Source: Halalkalibacterium halodurans (GTDB lineage: Bacteria > Bacillota > Bacilli > Bacillales > Bacillaceae_D). From it: DNA of 32,000 bases. The translations under genes were made by a program, and so were the position numbers. The notes beneath the pieces are model-generated. The model was given only the letters and a program-made list of their open reading frames with translations. It was not told the origin of the DNA and did no database searches. Position 1 is the first letter of the stretch, and every line of letters starts with the position of its first letter. Below are positions 9,434 to 17,986 of this stretch, one piece after another. The DNA is taken from NCBI RefSeq assembly GCF_004376175.1, contig NZ_SNUY01000028.1, positions 7,155-39,154 on the forward strand, given 5' to 3'.

Positions 9434-10213
9434 TTACTCTTCAATGGATCTCTGCCAGTCTGCCAAAGACTCGCACGTATAGGTCGGCTGCGCTTCTTTT
9501 TGTTTAAGCGCCTCTTTTGTTGTCACACCTGTATGGACCAGAAGTGTATCTATTCCTGCATGGATCCCAGCTAAAATATCTGTATCGTAGTTATCACCAA
9601 TGAGAAGCGTCTCTTCTTTCGTTGTCCCAAGTCGCTTTAACGCTTCTTCTATTATAATCGGGGACGGTTTTCCTACAACAAACGGCTTCACTCCCGTTGT
9701 CGTAGCCACGACAGCAGCTAACGAACCGTTCCCTGGCATTAGCCCTTTTTCAGTCGGCAATGCCGCATCTCCATTCGTAATAAAAAATTTGGCGCCTTGG
9801 CGGACATATGTAGCTGCCTTTGCCAGTTTTTCATAGGAAATCGCTCGGTCTAGTCCCATAACAACATAATCAGGCTGCTCGTCTTCTGAGACCATCATTC
9901 CGCTTTCCTTTAAACTTTCTAACAAGCCTTCTTCACCAATAACAAACGCGCGAACGAACTCCTTTGTCCGCGTTAAATAGCTTGCCATTGCCATACTGGA
10001 CGTAAAGACATGCTCTTTTGTCGCAGGGACATCCATCGACTTAAGCAAAGTCGCTACAGTTTTAGGAGACTTTGTTGAATTATTTGTAACAAACAAATAA
10101 GAAGCTGATTGCTTCTCCAACTGCTTTACGAAGGCCACTGCTTCTGTGATCACTTCTGACCCTCTGTACATCGTACCATCCAAATCAATCAGAAAGCCGC
10201 TGTAACGTTTCAT
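9434..10213 (-). CDS. yutF: HAD-IIA family phosphatase (YutF/NagD-like)
   Basis: The 259-aa product has HAD motifs FLIDLDGTMY, VTNNST, GKPSP and GDNYDTDILAG. Its position is syntenic with yutF. Confidence 0.85.
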   Translation of the reverse strand: MKRYSGFLIDLDGTMYRGSEVITEAVAFVKQLEKQSASYLFVTNNSTKSPKTVATLLKSMDVPATKEHVFTSSMAMASYLTRTKEFVRAFVIGEEGLLESLKESGMMVSEDEQPDYVVMGLDRAISYEKLAKAATYVRQGAKFFITNGDAALPTEKGLMPGNGSLAAVVATTTGVKPFVVGKPSPIIIEEALKRLGTTKEETLLIGDNYDTDILAGIHAGIDTLLVHTGVTTKEALKQKEAQPTYTCESLADWQRSIEE

Positions 10214-10369
10214 CTCACATCATCCCTTTCTTTCTGCTCCCACATTCTTAATGCTTCCTGTTAGGTCGTTTTATCCTTTATCTTAGGAAGTTACAAGGCC
10301 TATCAAATCCGAATGACGGTAGAGGGATGAACCAAGGTTAAGTGTTTTGGTTCACCAATTAAATGCACA

Positions 10370-10415
10370 TAAAAAAGAGGATAGATGAAGCTTTTTCCCC
10401 TTGTCCATCTATCCT
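10370..10415 (-). terminator. Hairpin terminator downstream of the SufR-like regulator gene
   Basis: The arms aggatagatg and catctatcct enclose an 18-nt loop. On the minus strand a T-run follows. Confidence 0.45.
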
Positions 10416-10453
10416 TTCTTCACTTTTATAACCCCGAAAGTACCTTACTTCAT

Positions 10454-11101
10454 TTATCCATCAACAGATGGTTTTTTTAACGTATAGCTACAATAGCCCG
10501 CTTCATCCTTAGCGGCACAACAGTTATCAACGACCGCTTCCGTTTGCAATAACTCCTTAAAAAGCTTTTTCTCGCAAGCACAAGCAACTGGATAAGCTTT
10601 AGCGACTTGTGAGATTGGACAGTTGTATTCAATAAATTGATATGTGTCATCATCAATTTTTTTCCATTCAACCATATAGCCGTTATCGTTTTGAATCTGT
10701 GCTAACACCTCTACACGCTCAGAAAATGAACATCCCTTCATTTGATTGGCATATTCAGCGAGCAGACGCTCTTTCCGTTTCTCAAATAGAACGTGAATCA
10801 TATCGATTCCAGATAACTCCTCAATATCCTTTAAAAAACCAAGGGTGAGAGGTAAATAATTACGTGGAAATCGTTCCTCGCCCTTTTCCGTTAACAAATA
10901 CTTTGTCGTTGGACGACCCATGGCTTGCCTGACGAGCTTTGTTTGCACAAATCCGTCTTTTTCAAGGGCTTGAATGTGCCGACGAACAGCCATTTCCGTT
11001 ATTTCAAGCTCCTTGGCCATTTCGCCAACACTCCGCTCCCCGTGCCGTTTTAGCCCGAGCAAGATTAAATCACGAGTGGAGGTGGTTTCATTACAAAGCA
11101 T
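10454..11101 (-). CDS. Winged-HTH regulator of the SufR/COG2345 type with a Cys-rich C-terminal domain (candidate Fe-S sensor)
   Basis: The N-terminus (STRDLILLGLKRHGERSVGEMAKELEITEMAVRRHIQALEKDGFV...GRPTTKYLLTEKGEERFP) resembles the SufR HTH. The C-terminus has NCPISQVAKAYPVACACE (C-X12-C-X-C), plus CC and a final C. The family assignment is from memory of SufR motifs, not a search. Confidence 0.55.
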   Translation of the reverse strand: MLCNETTSTRDLILLGLKRHGERSVGEMAKELEITEMAVRRHIQALEKDGFVQTKLVRQAMGRPTTKYLLTEKGEERFPRNYLPLTLGFLKDIEELSGIDMIHVLFEKRKERLLAEYANQMKGCSFSERVEVLAQIQNDNGYMVEWKKIDDDTYQFIEYNCPISQVAKAYPVACACEKKLFKELLQTEAVVDNCCAAKDEAGYCSYTLKKPSVDG

Positions 11102-11156
11102 TTCATCACCATCCTTCCCCTTCTATTGTAAGCCAACTTTGTCCTGTTGTAAATTT

Positions 11157-11612
11157 TCAAGCATGTTTGTTGTTTTCTGGCAAAAACGCAGAGACGGGTC
11201 CAAGCTCTTTCTCCAAATACGTTCGCACACGCTCTGGAAATCGTTTCACCGCTTCTACATGTTGATCAAACGTTTGTTTAAGATGCTGATGATCGATAGT
11301 GGTATAGGCTTGTACGACTAACTTGCGGCAAGCGATAAGTGCTTTTAGCGATTGGCCGTCTGCTTCATCCACGACGTTTTCGTCGGTCAAAATGTCCACA
11401 ATATCTTCATAACTTCCAGGGTCCCTCATAATAAACCCATCGATCATGCTGTTCCCTACATCAATGACCGATTCAATGACGAGATGGGCGATGCGCTCCA
11501 AAGCTAATCGCTCCGTCTCAGACGTCCACTCTGATTGTGAACAAAAGTGCTGGACAAGCTTTTCCATATGCCTTAACGTTTTTTCAATGGTTTTTCGATC
11601 AACAAAGTACAT
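11157..11612 (-). CDS. yutE: DUF86 (HEPN-fold) protein YutE-like
   Basis: The start MYFVDRKTIEKTL matches my recollection of B. subtilis YutE. The product also shows DGFIMRDPGSYEDIVDIL. Its position is syntenic. The listed ORF begins 3 codons earlier at a GTG. Confidence 0.78.
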   Translation of the reverse strand: MYFVDRKTIEKTLRHMEKLVQHFCSQSEWTSETERLALERIAHLVIESVIDVGNSMIDGFIMRDPGSYEDIVDILTDENVVDEADGQSLKALIACRKLVVQAYTTIDHQHLKQTFDQHVEAVKRFPERVRTYLEKELGPVSAFLPENNKHA

Positions 11613-11812
11613 GCATAACACCTTCTTCGTATGAATTAGTATAACACAATGATGAAAACAACAGGAAAAAGAAGAACATAACGAAAAAATATTTCATCTT
11701 AAACGTGATTTTTGTTATGATTAAATATGTATATTTTTGTAGTATCGTAACGCCTGCAACGGGATTGTATCTCGTGTTTGGCAAAAAAGCAAGCATACTG
11801 GAGGAGAATCAT

Positions 11813-12784
11813 TTGGATCGGGAATTAGCATTAGAAATTGTTCGTGTAACCGAAGCAGCCGCCCTTTCGTCTGCTCAATGGTTAGGACGCGGGAAGAAGA
11901 ATGAAGCAGATGATGCAGCCACCACAGCGATGCGAACGATGTTTGATTCAGTTAACTGTAAAGGAACGGTCGTCATTGGTGAAGGGGAGCTAGACGAAGC
12001 TCCCATGCTTTATATCGGTGAAGAAGTAGGAAGCGGCCACGGTCCTGAAGTCGATATTGCCGTTGATCCGTTGGAAGGAACGAATATCGTCGCGAAAGGA
12101 CATCCAAATGCAATGGCCGTGATCGCCGTCGCCGATAAAGGTACATTGCTTCATGCCCCAGATATGTACATGGAAAAAATTGCTGTCGGTCCTAAAGCCG
12201 CCGGATTGATTCGCTTGGATGACCCGATTGAAAAAACGATCGACATTGTGGCAAAAATGACCAATAAACGTGTTCGCGATGTCACCGTCATTATCCAAGA
12301 GCGAGAGCGCCATGACGAATTGATCGAACGGATTCGAAACAAAGGCGCACGGGTTAAACTTTTTGGTGACGGAGATGTGGGCGCAGCTATTGCAACTGCC
12401 CTACCACAAACGGGGATCGATTTGTTTATCGGCACAGGTGGTGCTCCAGAAGGTGTCATTTCCGCGGCAGCCATTAAAGCACTTGGTGGCGACATGCAAG
12501 CACGACTCGTTCCAATGAACGACGAAGAATTTGAACGCTGTAAACGAATGGGGCTTGAAGATCCACGTCAAGTACTGAGCTTGGATGATTTAGTCCGCGG
12601 AGATGATGCGATTTTTGCTGCCACTGGGGTATCCTCTGGTGAGCTTTTAGAAGGGGTGCGCTTTCTCGGTGGGGATTTAGTGGAAACAGACTCCATTGTC
12701 ATGCGAGCAAAAACTCGTACCGTTCGATACATCAAAGCCCACCATCGCCTTGATCACAAACCCCATTTAATAATTAACGACTGA
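11813..12784 (+). CDS. glpX: Class II fructose-1,6-bisphosphatase (GlpX)
   Basis: The product shows [64 protein letters not shown] and [10 protein letters not shown] chose a TTG start with the RBS ggaggag 6 nt upstream, giving 323 aa, the usual GlpX length. The listed ORF's upstream extension looks non-coding. Confidence 0.9.
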   Translation: MDRELALEIVRVTEAAALSSAQWLGRGKKNEADDAATTAMRTMFDSVNCKGTVVIGEGELDEAPMLYIGEEVGSGHGPEVDIAVDPLEGTNIVAKGHPNAMAVIAVADKGTLLHAPDMYMEKIAVGPKAAGLIRLDDPIEKTIDIVAKMTNKRVRDVTVIIQERERHDELIERIRNKGARVKLFGDGDVGAAIATALPQTGIDLFIGTGGAPEGVISAAAIKALGGDMQARLVPMNDEEFERCKRMGLEDPRQVLSLDDLVRGDDAIFAATGVSSGELLEGVRFLGGDLVETDSIVMRAKTRTVRYIKAHHRLDHKPHLIIND

Positions 12785-12795
12785 GGCTTGGACAA

Positions 12796-12856
12796 AACTA
12801 GCCAAACGCAATAAAAAGGTTCGAATCATTTTGTTTTGATGATCCGAACCTTTTTT
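12796..12856. repeat. Palindromic hairpin repeat, copy 1 (acts as the glpX terminator), with a conserved 13-nt flank
   Basis: The sequence is aactagccaaacg-caat-aaaaaggttcgaatcattttgttttgatgatccgaaccttttt. The core recurs at 24002-24048 and 28432-28474. The flank recurs reverse-complemented at 28480-28492. Confidence 0.75.
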
Positions 12857-12950
12857 CTGTTAGCACACCTAATCTTTCTTAGGAAACAGGCAATGACTTT
12901 CTATAAATATGATAAGCTAAAGGCAGAATGTTCTGAGGAGGAAACAACGA

Positions 12951-13217
12951 ATGAGTGAACGCTTTTTTTTATACGATGATACGGAGAAAACAGACACTCG
13001 GTTTGTGAGCTTCATGGGGGAGAACCAACGCTTTGATTTAGCGATTACTTACACGGAGCGACATTACGGCAAAAAGCTCGTCCTTGATATGCAATCTAAT
13101 CGATTTGCTATCATTGGCGAAGACGATCTAGCGGAGCCTGGCTATTTAGAGCATGTGTACAAGCTTGATGAAGAAACTGCCGCTGAGCTTCGCAGCTTTT
13201 TATATGAAGTCATCTGA
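12951..13217 (+). CDS. Small conserved hypothetical protein (88 aa; possibly DUF3055-like, from memory only)
   Basis: A strong RBS (gaggaggaaacaacga) precedes the ATG. The gene has a clean terminator downstream and no overlaps. The product is acidic and soluble-looking. Confidence 0.6.
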   Translation: MSERFFLYDDTEKTDTRFVSFMGENQRFDLAITYTERHYGKKLVLDMQSNRFAIIGEDDLAEPGYLEHVYKLDEETAAELRSFLYEVI

Positions 13218-13241
13218 TTAAAAATTTTTCTTCATACTAAT

Positions 13242-13268
13242 AACAGCCGAACGATTTGTTCGGCTGTT
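13242..13268. terminator. Bidirectional terminator between the 88-aa ORF (+) and yutD (-)
   Basis: The sequence aacagccgaac-gatt-tgttcggctgtt forms an 11-bp stem. Confidence 0.6.
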
Positions 13269-13275
13269 AAGTATA

Positions 13276-13557
13276 TCAAGATTCCGTTTTTACTCGTTTG
13301 ACGACAAAATAAGCACATCCGAAATTACAGTACTCGTACAAGTAATCTTGAAGAGTACTAATTTTTTTATCGTATGTTGATTTCTTATTTTGATCATCGA
13401 AGAAGCCACGAAGCCGCAATTGATTGTATCCCCAATCGCCGACAATGTAATCATACTTATTGAGCACATCGCTGTATCGCTCAACAAATGCCTCTTCATT
13501 CCACCCGTCTTTTACGTTTTCAATCACTTCAAATTGCATGTTTGAAATGCGAACCAT
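13276..13557 (-). CDS. yutD: DUF1027 protein YutD-like
   Basis: The 93-aa product shows the motif YDYIVGDWGYNQLRLRGFF. Its position next to yutC and lipA matches B. subtilis. Confidence 0.78.
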   Translation of the reverse strand: MVRISNMQFEVIENVKDGWNEEAFVERYSDVLNKYDYIVGDWGYNQLRLRGFFDDQNKKSTYDKKISTLQDYLYEYCNFGCAYFVVKRVKTES

Positions 13558-13733
13558 CCTGGCCCACCTCTCTTACGAAACAGAGACCTTTGCTCTTATT
13601 TCTCTTGATTCTAAACACCTATATTGTATCACATTGTTCGGAAACGTCCATCCTCTCTTCTTAGAAAATATCCATCTTTTTCAATCAGTAAATCGGTACA
13701 TGTTGGGTCATTCTTTAAAAAGAGGAGGGAAAG

Positions 13734-14396
13734 ATGATGAAAAAGCTTATGATTTACGTGATGATTTTTGGGCTGTGCTTCACCGTTGGCTGTCGAGCAC
13801 CTGAGGTAGGTCAGCCTGAAGTAAACAGCCGCAATTCTTATTACAATCAGCAAGTCGATGGAGAAGGTTATAATGTTTTAAACCAAGGCGACCGAACCGA
13901 TGCAGGACCTTTAGCGCTTGGTTATAGACGGTATGAACGGGTTCAAGTACATCAAGAAAATGGCCAGCAAACAGTCACTCCTGTCATTGACCGAGATCGT
14001 CTGGCCGATGGAATCACTCGTCTCGTATTAACAAACGAGACGGTTGACGAAGCCGCAACTCTAGTGACTGATGAGCACATCCTTGTGACTTATACGACCA
14101 ATGCAGACAATCGTGACTATGTGGCCGATCAGGTGAAGCGTACGGCTTTATCTGTCGCGCCAAGATATTATGATGTCTACATTTCCGATGACCATGAGCA
14201 CTTCCAAGACATTGAACGTTTCCAAGGATTACAAAGCAATTCTCCAAACATCGAAAACACGATTGAGCAAACGATCGAGAAGATGAAACAATCGCCTCAA
14301 GGCTGGTATGAAGGCGATAAGGATGACAATATGGACTATATGAAGAAAAAGCACCAGCGTCTCTTGCAACAAGGTAATTCTCGTAAGAATGATTAA
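13734..14396 (+). CDS. yutC: Sporulation lipoprotein of the YhcN/YlaJ family (YutC-like)
   Basis: The signal peptide carries the lipobox FGLCFTVGC. The mature part is polar and acidic. Its position is syntenic with yutC. Confidence 0.7.
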   Translation: MMKKLMIYVMIFGLCFTVGCRAPEVGQPEVNSRNSYYNQQVDGEGYNVLNQGDRTDAGPLALGYRRYERVQVHQENGQQTVTPVIDRDRLADGITRLVLTNETVDEAATLVTDEHILVTYTTNADNRDYVADQVKRTALSVAPRYYDVYISDDHEHFQDIERFQGLQSNSPNIENTIEQTIEKMKQSPQGWYEGDKDDNMDYMKKKHQRLLQQGNSRKND

Positions 14397-14411
14397 CGTA
14401 AGCAAAAGGCA

Positions 14412-14447
14412 GAAAAGAGACGGCCAGTAGAGCCGTCTCTTATTTTC
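14412..14447. terminator. Bidirectional terminator between yutC (+) and lipA (-)
   Basis: The hairpin aagagacggc-cagtaga-gccgtctctt is followed by attttcg and preceded by an A-rich run. Confidence 0.6.
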
Positions 14448-14480
14448 GTGCACCAAATCTAGGCTGTGTATGCCTTCCTG

Positions 14481-15392
14481 TTATGATTTCGCCGCTGCCT
14501 TGCGCGCTTCCTCACGCACTTGTGCTTCATTCACTTGCTCATCGGCATGGTAAGAAGAGCGTACGAGCGGACCCGCTTCACAATGACTAAATCCTTTGCT
14601 TAACGCAATTTCCTTCAACTCAGCGAATTCGTCTGGATGGTAATATTTCTGCACCTTCAAATGCTTTTTCGTCGGCTGTAAATATTGACCGATTGTCATA
14701 ATATCCACATTGTTCGCACGAAGGTCATCCATCGTCTCAATAATCTCGTCCTTCGTTTCCCCAAGGCCAATCATGAGACTTGACTTTGTCGGAATATCAG
14801 GTTGCATTTCCTTTGCGCGACGTAAAAATTCTAAGGAGCGCTCATAGGTTGCTCTTGCACGAACCCTTGGAGTCAAACGGCGAACCGTTTCAATGTTATG
14901 GTTTAAAATGTTCGGTCTTGCGTCCATTAATGTTTTTAAGTTATCGTCATTCCCCATCATATCTGATGGAAGCACTTCAATCGTACAAAATGGATTACGA
15001 CGGCGAACCGCGCGAACGGTTTCCGCGAATACACCTGCTCCACCATCCTTCAAATCATCACGAGCCACAGCAGTAATGACGGCGTGCTTTAAGCCCATAA
15101 TTTCAACCGATTCTGCTACGCGCTCTGGTTCCTGTAGATCAAGTTCGTTCGGAAGCCCTGTTTTAACAGCGCAGAATCGACATGCGCGCGTGCATACATC
15201 CCCAAGAATCATAAAAGTGGCCGTTTTCCGCACAGCCCAGCACTCATGAATGTTTGGACATTTCGCTTCTTCACAAACCGTATGTAAATTTTTCTCGCGC
15301 ATCATTTTTTTCAGGCCTGTATACGTCTCATTCGTATTGAGCTTTATCTTTAGCCAATCCGGCTTGCGTACATACTCTTCTTTCTTCGCCAT
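14481..15392 (-). CDS. lipA: Lipoyl synthase (radical SAM)
   Basis: The product begins [22 protein letters not shown]. It shows the [12 protein letters not shown] and [10 protein letters not shown] cluster motifs. I chose the start at the internal ATG preceded by ggagatggagtg. The listed ORF extends to 15440. Confidence 0.95.
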   Translation of the reverse strand: MAKKEEYVRKPDWLKIKLNTNETYTGLKKMMREKNLHTVCEEAKCPNIHECWAVRKTATFMILGDVCTRACRFCAVKTGLPNELDLQEPERVAESVEIMGLKHAVITAVARDDLKDGGAGVFAETVRAVRRRNPFCTIEVLPSDMMGNDDNLKTLMDARPNILNHNIETVRRLTPRVRARATYERSLEFLRRAKEMQPDIPTKSSLMIGLGETKDEIIETMDDLRANNVDIMTIGQYLQPTKKHLKVQKYYHPDEFAELKEIALSKGFSHCEAGPLVRSSYHADEQVNEAQVREEARKAAAKS

Positions 15393-15724
15393 TATTTCTT
15401 CACTCCATCTCCAAGTTTTCGGGCGTGATTGGAAAAACACGGCTTTTACCCCAAGTCTTCATGGCGGAAGCTCTTGTTTTTCTTTATCCTTTCGTCCTTT
15501 ACAAAAGCTCAACTTTCTTAAAGTGAAAAAAGACCGCACTTCGGAAATCAGCCCATGGGATCTCTATATACTGTATCACGAATAGTACAAGAACACCAAA
15601 TACCCGCACAAATTGCCAGCAATTTACGCCCATCATTCCAGCAAAATCGTTCCAAACTAGAAAGGACCATGAATTTGACCAATAGAACGGGAATGGTGGA
15701 ATCTAGAAAGGAGCTTACCGTAGG

Positions 15725-16738
15725 ATGAAAAGAATCGCAATTATTTTGCTCACGTTAACGTCAATCCTCTTCGTTCAGCACGCTCCCGAAGGATTGGCAA
15801 AGGCATCGAACGAATTGTCCCTCGAGCAAAAATATGAACAACGGCTTACGCTTTATGAAAAAATGGAGGCTATTACAAATGTGCCCTGGTATTATCTTGC
15901 CGCCGTTGACACATATGAACGGGGGTTACGCCGGGCCCAAAAAGACCGACCTGCTGAAGAAGGTCTTATCGCCATTTATTTCTCACCACAGCAATGGGTC
16001 GGCCCGCTAAATCCAGATTTAGAAGATACGAACCCACTCTCAATCAGCATGTTTAATGGGGTGGGCTTAGACGGAAATGGTGATGGAGTCGCAGATCGTA
16101 ACAATGATGAAGACGTGCTATATACCTTTGCTCGCTATTTAGAATCATACGGCTTCAAAGAGGAAGACTTTCGCATCGCTCTATGGGAATATTATCAGCG
16201 AGAGCAATCGGTAAATATTATTTACGGTCACGCAAATGTGTACAAAACGTTTAAAACATTGGATTTAGATGACCATACATTCCCCCTTCCCCTTCATCAT
16301 AATTACAGCTATCGAAGCACTTGGGGTGATCGGCGGGGCTGGGGTGGCCGACGTATCCATGAAGGTACCGATATTTTTGCCAACTACAACGTTCCCGTCA
16401 TGGCAACGGCATATGGAATTGTCGAGATTAAGGGATGGAACAAATACGGTGGATGGCGAATTGGAGTTCGTGACTTGGATAACGTCTACCATTATTACGC
16501 CCACCTCAGTGGATTCGAAAAAGGGGTGGAAAAAGGAACAGTGGTTGCTCCTGGGGATGTTATAGGATATGTCGGAAGCTCTGGCTATGGAAAACCAGGT
16601 ACTCAAGGCAAGTTCCCGCCACATTTGCACTACGGCATGTACCGAGACAACGGATATACTGAATGGTCCTTTGACCCTTATCCTTCCTTAAAGAGTTGGG
16701 AACGGAAGGCGTATCAGGAACGAAAAAAGAAGAAATAA
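15725..16738 (+). CDS. lytH: M23-family peptidoglycan endopeptidase (LytH/YunA-like)
   Basis: A signal sequence is followed by M23 motifs HEGTDIF and YYAHLSGF...GYVGSSGYG...PHLHYG. The gene is divergent from lipA, as in B. subtilis. Confidence 0.85.
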   Translation: MKRIAIILLTLTSILFVQHAPEGLAKASNELSLEQKYEQRLTLYEKMEAITNVPWYYLAAVDTYERGLRRAQKDRPAEEGLIAIYFSPQQWVGPLNPDLEDTNPLSISMFNGVGLDGNGDGVADRNNDEDVLYTFARYLESYGFKEEDFRIALWEYYQREQSVNIIYGHANVYKTFKTLDLDDHTFPLPLHHNYSYRSTWGDRRGWGGRRIHEGTDIFANYNVPVMATAYGIVEIKGWNKYGGWRIGVRDLDNVYHYYAHLSGFEKGVEKGTVVAPGDVIGYVGSSGYGKPGTQGKFPPHLHYGMYRDNGYTEWSFDPYPSLKSWERKAYQERKKKK

Positions 16739-16839
16739 GCGCCGGTTTAAAAACATAGGGAGATTGGACTGAAGCAACGAAGAGAAAGGAATACGATGAG
16801 CTCGCGAAAGCCGACTTTGCTTTTCTTTATTATATTGAC

Positions 16840-16882
16840 AAAGGAGCTGCCTCAAAAGATAGATTTTTGAAGCAGCTCCTTT
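16840..16882 (+). terminator. Long hairpin downstream of lytH
   Basis: The sequence aaaggagctgcctcaaaa-gatagat-ttttgaagcagctccttt forms an 18-bp stem with one mismatch. The 3' T-tract is weak (gcttatttg). Confidence 0.5.
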
Positions 16883-17125
16883 GCTTATTTGTTCGAAATG
16901 GCGACTTGGCGGACGCTTTCACCACAGGCACAAGTGCAACATCGACTCACGCACACTTTGTTTGCATTCGTCGTGTTTTCTTTGCCGCGGGCAACGCTCC
17001 AGCTTCCTCGAGAACCCCACTCTCGGCGATCTTCCGCTGTTGCTTTTCCCGCAGGAGTCGCCGCCTGTCGCTCGTTCGACTCCCATTAACGCGCGAAAGA
17101 ACATATAAAATAAGTCGCCCGATCG
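16883..17125. repeat. GC-rich, stop-codon-poor non-coding element with three degenerate ~63-bp direct units
   Basis: CTTTcaCCaCAGG (16916), CTTTgCCgCGGG (16980) and CTTTtcCCgCAGG (17043) are spaced 64 and 63 bp apart. All three + frames are open, giving three overlapping spurious ORFs. The 24-mer gctgttgcttttcccgcaggagtc recurs with 2 mismatches at 28356-28379. Confidence 0.5.
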
Positions 17126-17184
17126 TTTAAAATGAAGGTACCTCTACCAAAATTCAAACGAAAGAAGGCGATTTTTTTGCGTAA

Positions 17185-17790
17185 CCAAACGGCTACTTAT
17201 CAGCAACATACCATGATCAACTCGTGCTTCCTGTGGATTTTTCCGATCACATTCAAGAGAACCATATGGCACGTGTGGTAAATGACATGGTCGAACCGTT
17301 GGATGATCAGCTATTGGACGAGGTGTACAATGGGGGCGGTCGTCCTGCATATCACCCGAAAATGATGACGAAAATCCAATTGTATGAGTACAGCAAAGTA
17401 GTTTTCGTGTCGTGCGATCGCCAAGGGTTTGACTGAACATCTTTCGATAATGTGGCTCGCCGCCAGACAGACACCCGACTTCCGGACGATTAATCATTTC
17501 GCTCGGAGCAATTGAAACCGTTGATTAACACATTGTTTTCGGGATTGACGCATCTTTTGATCACGGAAGGCTACGTCGATGGATCATCGTACTTTCTGGA
17601 TGGGACGAAAATCGAAGCGAACGCCAATAAGGATACATTCGTTTGGAAAAAGAGTTCCAAAAGTATGAAGAGAAAAAAAAGCGTATCTCCAGTGAAACGT
17701 TTCAAGCCGGCGTCAGATCCGTGGAACAGGAACTCACCAAAAGAGACGAACAGATCGACAGACCAGAAGGAACCAACTAAAACACATCAA
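17185..17790 (+). pseudogene. IS1182-family transposase remnant (N-terminal third only, multiple frameshifts and stops)
   Basis: Pieces lie in different frames: LVLPVDFSDHIQENHMARVVNDMVEPLDD...GGGRPAYHPKMMTKIQLYEYS; FSCRAIAKGLTEHLSIMWLAARQTPDFRTINHF; LITEGYVDGSSYFLDGTKIEANANKDTFVWKKS. No DDE catalytic region follows. Confidence 0.75.
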
Positions 17791-17792
17791 CA

Positions 17793-17826
17793 CAAAAATT
17801 AGGAGAACCGCATCAAACGGTTCTCC
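17793..17826 (-). terminator. Intrinsic terminator of the NSS / small-subunit operon
   Basis: On the minus strand, ggagaaccg-tttgatg-cggttctcc is followed by taatttttgtg. Confidence 0.65.
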
Positions 17827-17881
17827 CGATTTTATGTTTTAAGGTGCTTTTGGAACAGCCCTTTGTTGCTAAAAACGTCTG

Positions 17882-17986
17882 TTATTTTGCCCGTGATGCT
17901 TTTCTTGCATGTAAAATGCTAAGGGCCAATCCTCCCCAAATGATGACCATACCGGTAATCATCATAATAATGGCGCTCACACTCAT
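17882..17986 (-). CDS. 34-aa single-TM peptide resembling the small subunit (MetS / MaAIMP_sms) of NSS-type methionine/alanine importers. Not in the supplied ORF track
   Basis: The product is MSVSAIIMMITGMVIIWGGLALSILHARKASRAK. Its ATG overlaps the TGA of the NSS gene (ATGA at 17983-17986). A terminator follows ~55 nt downstream. Confidence 0.7.
   Translation of the reverse strand: MSVSAIIMMITGMVIIWGGLALSILHARKASRAK

Noticed and set aside
11157-11621. I considered the DUF86/HEPN protein YutE as a possible HepT-like toxin of a toxin-antitoxin or defence module.
   Set aside because: The position aligned to the HEPN Rx4-6H motif reads R-KLVV-Q (CRKLVVQAY), so the catalytic His is absent. No MNT nucleotidyltransferase partner is adjacent. 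The gene sits in conserved housekeeping synteny (yutF/yutE/yutD).
16796-16870. A 24-aa ORF (MSSRKPTLLFFIILTKELPQKIDF) with a weak RBS lies downstream of lytH.
   Set aside because: Its 3' half is the left arm and loop of the lytH terminator hairpin. There is no independent support, so it is most likely fortuitous.
16867-17130. Four overlapping ORFs (87, 75 and 66 aa on +; 61 aa on -) were called in the same 260 bp.
   Set aside because: Openness in several frames and on both strands in a GC-rich repeat is compositional. There is no RBS, the products are Arg/Ser/Pro-rich and low in complexity, and the region belongs to a repeat family.
17100-17870. I tried to pair terminal inverted repeats for the IS1182 remnant (around 17100-17160 against 17830-17870).
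   Set aside because: The only similarity is a short direct AAGGT[AG]C word. The hairpin at 17802-17826 is better explained as the terminator of the convergent NSS operon, so the element ends are not defined.
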